Shown here one piece after another: positions 59,589 through 64,000 of a stretch of 64,000 nt of DNA. Each line of letters opens with the position of its first letter. The stretch's first letter is position 1. The notes below the pieces were generated by a model. It was given only the letters and a program-made list of their open reading frames with translations. It did not search any database and was not told where the DNA came from. The translations under genes and the position numbers were made by a program. This DNA comes from an uncultured Pseudomonadota bacterium (GTDB taxonomy: Bacteria > Vulcanimicrobiota > Vulcanimicrobiia > Eremiobacterales > Eremiobacteraceae), in the NCBI GenBank assembly GCA_963736005.1, contig CAVTNB010000001.1, positions 1,312,001 to 1,376,000 on the forward strand, given 5' to 3'.

Positions 59589-61871
59589 TTGGCAATCGCA
59601 CATAATCTTGGATTTCCCCGCATAGGCCACAAGCGAGAGCTCAAGCGTGCTCTCGAATCCTATTGGAAAGGCGACATCGGCGCAGACGACCTCAAAGAGG
59701 TGGGGCGCCAGCTCCGCCGCCATCATTGGCAACTGCAGCGGGATGCTGGTTTGGACAACGTCCCCGTCGGTGATTTTTCGTTTTACGACCAGGTGCTCGA
59801 CACGAACGCCATGGTCGGCGCGATTCCCGCGCGTTATGGTTTCTCCGGCGAAACGGTCGATTTCGATACGTATTTCGCGATGGCGCGGGGTTCAGCCGCA
59901 GCGCCTGCAATGGAAATGACCAAATGGTTCGATACGAACTACCACTATATCGTTCCTGAGTTTAGCCCGGAGATGTCGTTCGCGCTCCGCAGCGCAAAGA
60001 TGATCGCCCAGACGCGCGAGGCGCTCGATGCCGGCTTTGTCCCTAAGCCCGTGCTCATCGGCCCCGTTACCTATCTGTGGCTCGGTAAAGAACGCGCGTT
60101 AAATGGCAAGCCCTTCTCGCGCTTGTCGCTCCTGGAGCGCCTGCTCCCCGTGTACCAAGAAGTGCTGCGGCAATTGAAAGGACTCGGCGTTCGCTTCGTT
60201 CAGATGGACGAGCCTGCGCTCGTCGCGGACTTGCCCGCGCCTTGGCAACAAGCCTATGAGAGCGCGTACGAGGCGCTTGGTGGTGCAGGGGTCGACATCT
60301 TACTTGCCACTTACTTTGGCGCCGTCGACGAGCACGCCACCTTGCTCGGATCGTTGCCGATTGCCGGCGTCCATCTGGACCTCGTGCGTGCACCCGAACA
60401 ACTCGATGCCATGCTCAAAGACTGGCGGCCCGGCAAGGTCCTCTCGCTCGGTGTCGTCGATGGACGCAACGTCTGGCGCACAGATCTTCGGCGCGCGCTC
60501 GCGCTGCTCGAGCGCGCACACGAGGTGGTCGACGACCTGTGGGTTGGACCATCCTGCAGCCTCATGCATGCCCCGGTCGATCTCGCCCTCGAGTCGAAGC
60601 TCGACGTCGAGCTGCGTTCTTGGCTTGCCTTCTCGGTGCAAAAACTGCATGAGCTCGCGATCCTCAAACGTGGTGTCGAGCACGGCAGCGAAGCGATCGA
60701 AGACGAGCTGCAACTGTCGGATATCGTGGAACGCAGCCGCGAACAATCCAAACTTATTCACAATAAAGCAGTCGCCGAGCGGGTGGCGCATCTCACGCAG
60801 GACGATGAGCGGCGGCGGAGCGATTTTGGAACTCGGCAGCGACGGCAGCGCGCGCAACTCAACCTGCCCGCCTTTCCCACGACAACCATCGGGAGCTTCC
60901 CGCAGACGCCGGCCATTCGCGAAGCGCGAGCCAAGTTTAAGAAGACCGAACTTGACGAGAAAGCCTACGAGAAGGCGATGCAAGCGGAGATCGAGCACGC
61001 GATTCGCGAGCAGGAAAAACTTGGCATTGATGTCCTCGTTCACGGTGAAGCTGAACGCAACGACATGGTCGAGTACTTCGGGGAGCAGCTATCAGGCTTT
61101 GCCTTCACGCAACACGGCTGGGTGCAAAGTTACGGTTCGCGCTACGTCAAGCCGCCGATCATCTACGGCGACGTCGAACGGCCAACGCCGATGACGGTAC
61201 GCTGGAGCGAGTACGCCCAATCTCTGACCGACAAGCCAATGAAGGGGATGCTCACTGGGCCCGTGACCATTTTGCAGTGGTCGTTCGTGCGTGACGATCA
61301 GCCCCGTTCGGAAACCGCCACGCAAATCGCTCTGGCCATTCGGGATGAGGTTCGCGATCTCGAGCACGCGGGCATCCGCATCATTCAAATCGACGAGCCC
61401 GCGTTTCGCGAAGGCTTGCCTCTCAAACGCAAGGATTGGAAGTCATACATCAAATGGGCGACCCGCGTTTTTCGCATTGCCTCCTCGCCGGTGGATGACG
61501 CCACGCAGATTCACACTCACATGTGCTACTCGGAGTTTAACGATGTCTTCGAGGTGTTGGCGCTGCTTGACGCCGACGTCATTACGATCGAATCGTCGCG
61601 CAGCGGCATGGAGCTGCTCGACGCCTTCAAGAAGTTTCGTTATCCAAACGAAATTGGTCCAGGTGTGTACGACATCCACTCGCCGCGCATACCCAGCTCC
61701 GAAGAAATGCACGCTCTCTTAGAGAAGGCCGCGAACTTTCTCTCACCCGACCAGCTCTGGGTCAATCCCGATTGCGGTTTGAAGACGCGACGCTGGGAAG
61801 AGGTTTTGCCTGCCCTGCGCAACATGGTCGCCGCGGCGAAGCGCATGCGCGGGAAAGTCGCGGCGGTTTAA
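59589..61871 (+). CDS. metE: Cobalamin-independent methionine synthase
   Basis: [58 protein letters not shown]. Confidence 0.97.
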   Translation: MAIAHNLGFPRIGHKRELKRALESYWKGDIGADDLKEVGRQLRRHHWQLQRDAGLDNVPVGDFSFYDQVLDTNAMVGAIPARYGFSGETVDFDTYFAMARGSAAAPAMEMTKWFDTNYHYIVPEFSPEMSFALRSAKMIAQTREALDAGFVPKPVLIGPVTYLWLGKERALNGKPFSRLSLLERLLPVYQEVLRQLKGLGVRFVQMDEPALVADLPAPWQQAYESAYEALGGAGVDILLATYFGAVDEHATLLGSLPIAGVHLDLVRAPEQLDAMLKDWRPGKVLSLGVVDGRNVWRTDLRRALALLERAHEVVDDLWVGPSCSLMHAPVDLALESKLDVELRSWLAFSVQKLHELAILKRGVEHGSEAIEDELQLSDIVERSREQSKLIHNKAVAERVAHLTQDDERRRSDFGTRQRRQRAQLNLPAFPTTTIGSFPQTPAIREARAKFKKTELDEKAYEKAMQAEIEHAIREQEKLGIDVLVHGEAERNDMVEYFGEQLSGFAFTQHGWVQSYGSRYVKPPIIYGDVERPTPMTVRWSEYAQSLTDKPMKGMLTGPVTILQWSFVRDDQPRSETATQIALAIRDEVRDLEHAGIRIIQIDEPAFREGLPLKRKDWKSYIKWATRVFRIASSPVDDATQIHTHMCYSEFNDVFEVLALLDADVITIESSRSGMELLDAFKKFRYPNEIGPGVYDIHSPRIPSSEEMHALLEKAANFLSPDQLWVNPDCGLKTRRWEEVLPALRNMVAAAKRMRGKVAAV

Positions 61872-62416
61872 GGTCGCGGGCGGGGTTCCTCGAAGAGCAT
61901 TCTCGTCTCGAGGGTAAAGCTGGGCAAGGCCGGATCTCGAATTTCGTCACGACCTGCAAACGTTTGCTTGCCGTTCTCCCTCCGTGCAGTCACCATTTGC
62001 AAGTCTGTATCAACGAGAAACACGACCGTGGTTCCGGCCGACAGATAAACGCGGACCTTCTCTTCAATGTCTTTACGCGCGTCCCCGGGTGATAGGATTT
62101 CGACGACCACATTGGGCGCGACGCGAGGAATGTCCGCGTCCGCCGTATTCTCATACGGTATTCGCTCGTAGGAAAGATACGCAACATCCGGCACGAGTGG
62201 ACGGCGCACTTCGCCGCGTGGTTCGATGCGAAATTCCCACTCGGTGCCTACGCGACCCGAACCTTGTCGGTTTGCCCAGTCGAGGAGCCTGCTGACGAAA
62301 ACGCTTTGCGCTAGCGCGTGCTTGCGCTGTGGACTCACCTTTTGCAGTGCGCGTCCGTTGACCCATTCTGTCGCGGGTTTGGTTTCCGGCAAAACGATCT
62401 CGGCCATGACACCCAA
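61868..62416 (-). CDS. Uma2 family PD-(D/E)XK endonuclease-like protein
   Basis: [35 protein letters not shown]. Confidence 0.88.
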   Translation of the reverse strand: MGVMAEIVLPETKPATEWVNGRALQKVSPQRKHALAQSVFVSRLLDWANRQGSGRVGTEWEFRIEPRGEVRRPLVPDVAYLSYERIPYENTADADIPRVAPNVVVEILSPGDARKDIEEKVRVYLSAGTTVVFLVDTDLQMVTARRENGKQTFAGRDEIRDPALPSFTLETRMLFEEPRPRP

Positions 62417-62457
62417 AGTATATCACGCGAACGCCGCTAGTGGCTAGCGGGTTACGC

Positions 62458-62537
62458 GCGCGAATAAATTCGCGCGACTACAAGGGCCACGCGCGCGAAT
62501 AAATTCGCGCCAGGGCGATTTTCCAATCGCCCCCTAC
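62458..62537. repeat. Mixed REP cluster: two family C units plus one family B unit
   Basis: GCGCGAATAAATTCGCGC(GACTAC) at 62458 and 62493; GGGCGATTTTCCAATCGCCCCCTAC at 62513-62537 contains the upstream gene's stop codon. Confidence 0.85.
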
Positions 62538-64000
62538 AAGGCGTTGTCGATGGCTTCGAGTGACGCGGGGTTTTCCAAAGCGGTTAAGTCGCCTAAATTG
62601 TCGAGCTTGAGGTAGCGCGCTCGCGCTACCCGGCGCAGTAGTTTCGCATTGCGCGTTCGAGGCAGATCGGTCACAAAGAGAATCGCTTTGGGTGCGAGCG
62701 CCTTGCCCATCGCCGCGATGACGGCGTCCATTAACTGGCCGCGCAGCCCGTCACTGCCTTGCCAACCCGGGCGCAAGACCGCGAGGCAGACAACGGCGTC
62801 ACCTTTCATCTTGTCCGGAACGGCGATGGCCGCCGCTTCGCGCACCGACCCATGGCCAACGAGAGCGCTCTCGTACTCGGCGGGGCCAACGCGTTTTCCC
62901 GCAACGTTGATCGTGTCATCCGATCGGCCATGGATGAACCAGAAATTGTCATCAGAGATGCTGGCCCAGTCACCATGCACCCAGACATTCTCGAGCTTCG
63001 ACCAGTACGTCTGCAGATAGCGCTCGTCGTCGTGCCAAAAGCCAAGGGTCATGCCGGGCCACGGTTGCCGGACAACCAGCTCTCCCACTTGCCCGCGCAC
63101 GCTGTTGCCTTGCTCGTCAACGATGTCGGCATCCATGCCAGGCACTGGGCCATGAAAGGCACACGGCACGAGCGGACGGATTGGAAAACACCCAAGAATG
63201 CCGCCGCCGATTTCGGTTCCACCGGAGTAGTTGATAATCGGCAGCTTCCCATTACCCACATTGACGGAGAACCATCGATACGGCTCAGGATTCCAAGTTT
63301 CACCGGTCGATCCCAAGATGCGCAGCGCCGACAAGTCATGTTGGCGTGGCAGCTCGTCGCCGTGCACCATGAGAGAGCGAATGGCCGTCGGGGCGATTCC
63401 TAGATGCGTTACCTTGTGACGTGCGCAGACTTCCCATAGGCGGCCGGTGTGAGGGAAATCAGGCGTGCCGTCGTACAGCACTGCAGCTGCTCCGAGGCCT
63501 AACGCGCCAAGCACCAAAAACGGACCCATCATCCAACCCATGTCGGTGAACCAAAGCATCCGGTCACCTGGCTTGACGTCAAAGCACAAATACTGATCGA
63601 TCATCACCTTGACAGGGAAGCCCGCGTGTCCGTGAACGGCTCCCTTGGGCTTGCCCGTGGAGCCTGATGTGTAGAGCAGGAGGTACGGGTCGTTCGACTC
63701 CGTTGGTTCGGGGGCGAAATAGTGTGGCTGCGACCAGGTCGAGTGGTGCCAATCAACATCGCGATGTTCGTGCCAATCAGTCGGGGAGTCGTTGTGGCGC
63801 AACACGATTGCGTGTTTGATGCTCGGCACCATGTCGCAGGCTGCGTCGGCGATGCTCTTCATATTCACAAATCTGCCCCGCCGAAGCGCGCCGTCCACCG
63901 TGAGCAAGACTTTCGCTTTCGCATCGTCCAACCGCGTCGCGAGGGCCTGAGCGCCATATCCCGAGAAGGCCGGCACGGCAATCGCCCCCATCCGCCCAAT
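62534..64000 (-). CDS. Acetate--CoA ligase-like AMP-binding enzyme (5' end outside window)
   Basis: YTSGSTGKPKG, TDMGWMMG, SGGTE, GRSDDTINVAGKRVGPAE, LPRTRNAKLLRR. Confidence 0.9.
   Translation of the reverse strand: MGRMGAIAVPAFSGYGAQALATRLDDAKAKVLLTVDGALRRGRFVNMKSIADAACDMVPSIKHAIVLRHNDSPTDWHEHRDVDWHHSTWSQPHYFAPEPTESNDPYLLLYTSGSTGKPKGAVHGHAGFPVKVMIDQYLCFDVKPGDRMLWFTDMGWMMGPFLVLGALGLGAAAVLYDGTPDFPHTGRLWEVCARHKVTHLGIAPTAIRSLMVHGDELPRQHDLSALRILGSTGETWNPEPYRWFSVNVGNGKLPIINYSGGTEIGGGILGCFPIRPLVPCAFHGPVPGMDADIVDEQGNSVRGQVGELVVRQPWPGMTLGFWHDDERYLQTYWSKLENVWVHGDWASISDDNFWFIHGRSDDTINVAGKRVGPAEYESALVGHGSVREAAAIAVPDKMKGDAVVCLAVLRPGWQGSDGLRGQLMDAVIAAMGKALAPKAILFVTDLPRTRNAKLLRRVARARYLKLDNLGDLTALENPASLEAIDNAL

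Noticed and set aside
61868..62416. Uma2 nuclease as a defence system or REP mobiliser
   Set aside because: Solitary Uma2 genes are common; no methylase or partner is adjacent, and it is not an HUH/Y1 enzyme.

Overview
GC-rich bacterial chromosome segment made mostly of core genes. Gene order (glyS-ppdK-dgt-dnaG-rpoD; hpf-secA..prfB; rnj-ftsK), the futalosine genes, an insert-less DnaK and a CIRCE site suggest a Terrabacteria lineage, possibly Ca. Eremiobacterota/Vulcanimicrobiota (inference only). From left to right: divergent flagellar-like genes (fliN, fliM-like, flgG-like), modABC, a HEAT-cyclophilin fusion, the macromolecular-synthesis operon, a NatAB-like ABC pair, rlmN, UDG, GT2, prfB with its CTT-TGA-C +1 frameshift site, a ~9 kb accessory block between secA and prfB, secA-hpf, envelope genes (deacetylase, LCP, yajQ, rodZ), mnmA, mqnE-mqnA-mqnC, ftsK, a lone oppC, rnj, a YtrA-GntR/SPFH module, a CIRCE-preceded htrA-dnaK-grpE-J-protein operon, acyl-CoA dehydrogenase, metE, Uma2 and an acyl-CoA synthetase. 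The accessory block carries an S53 sedolisin-like lipoprotein, a divergent G1 glutamic peptidase candidate, DUF899, a methyltransferase and secreted orphans. Three families of GTAG-type REP palindromes recur between genes, and several overlap gene stop codons. Between ~9.2 and 21.4 kb most genes, including essential ones, are broken by single-base indels, which most likely are assembly errors. I saw no tRNA, rRNA, CRISPR array, transposase or integrase. I found no single clearly new multi-gene system; the best leads are the acid-protease block, the REP/stop-codon pattern, the histone-like PPDK extension and the degenerate flagellar genes.
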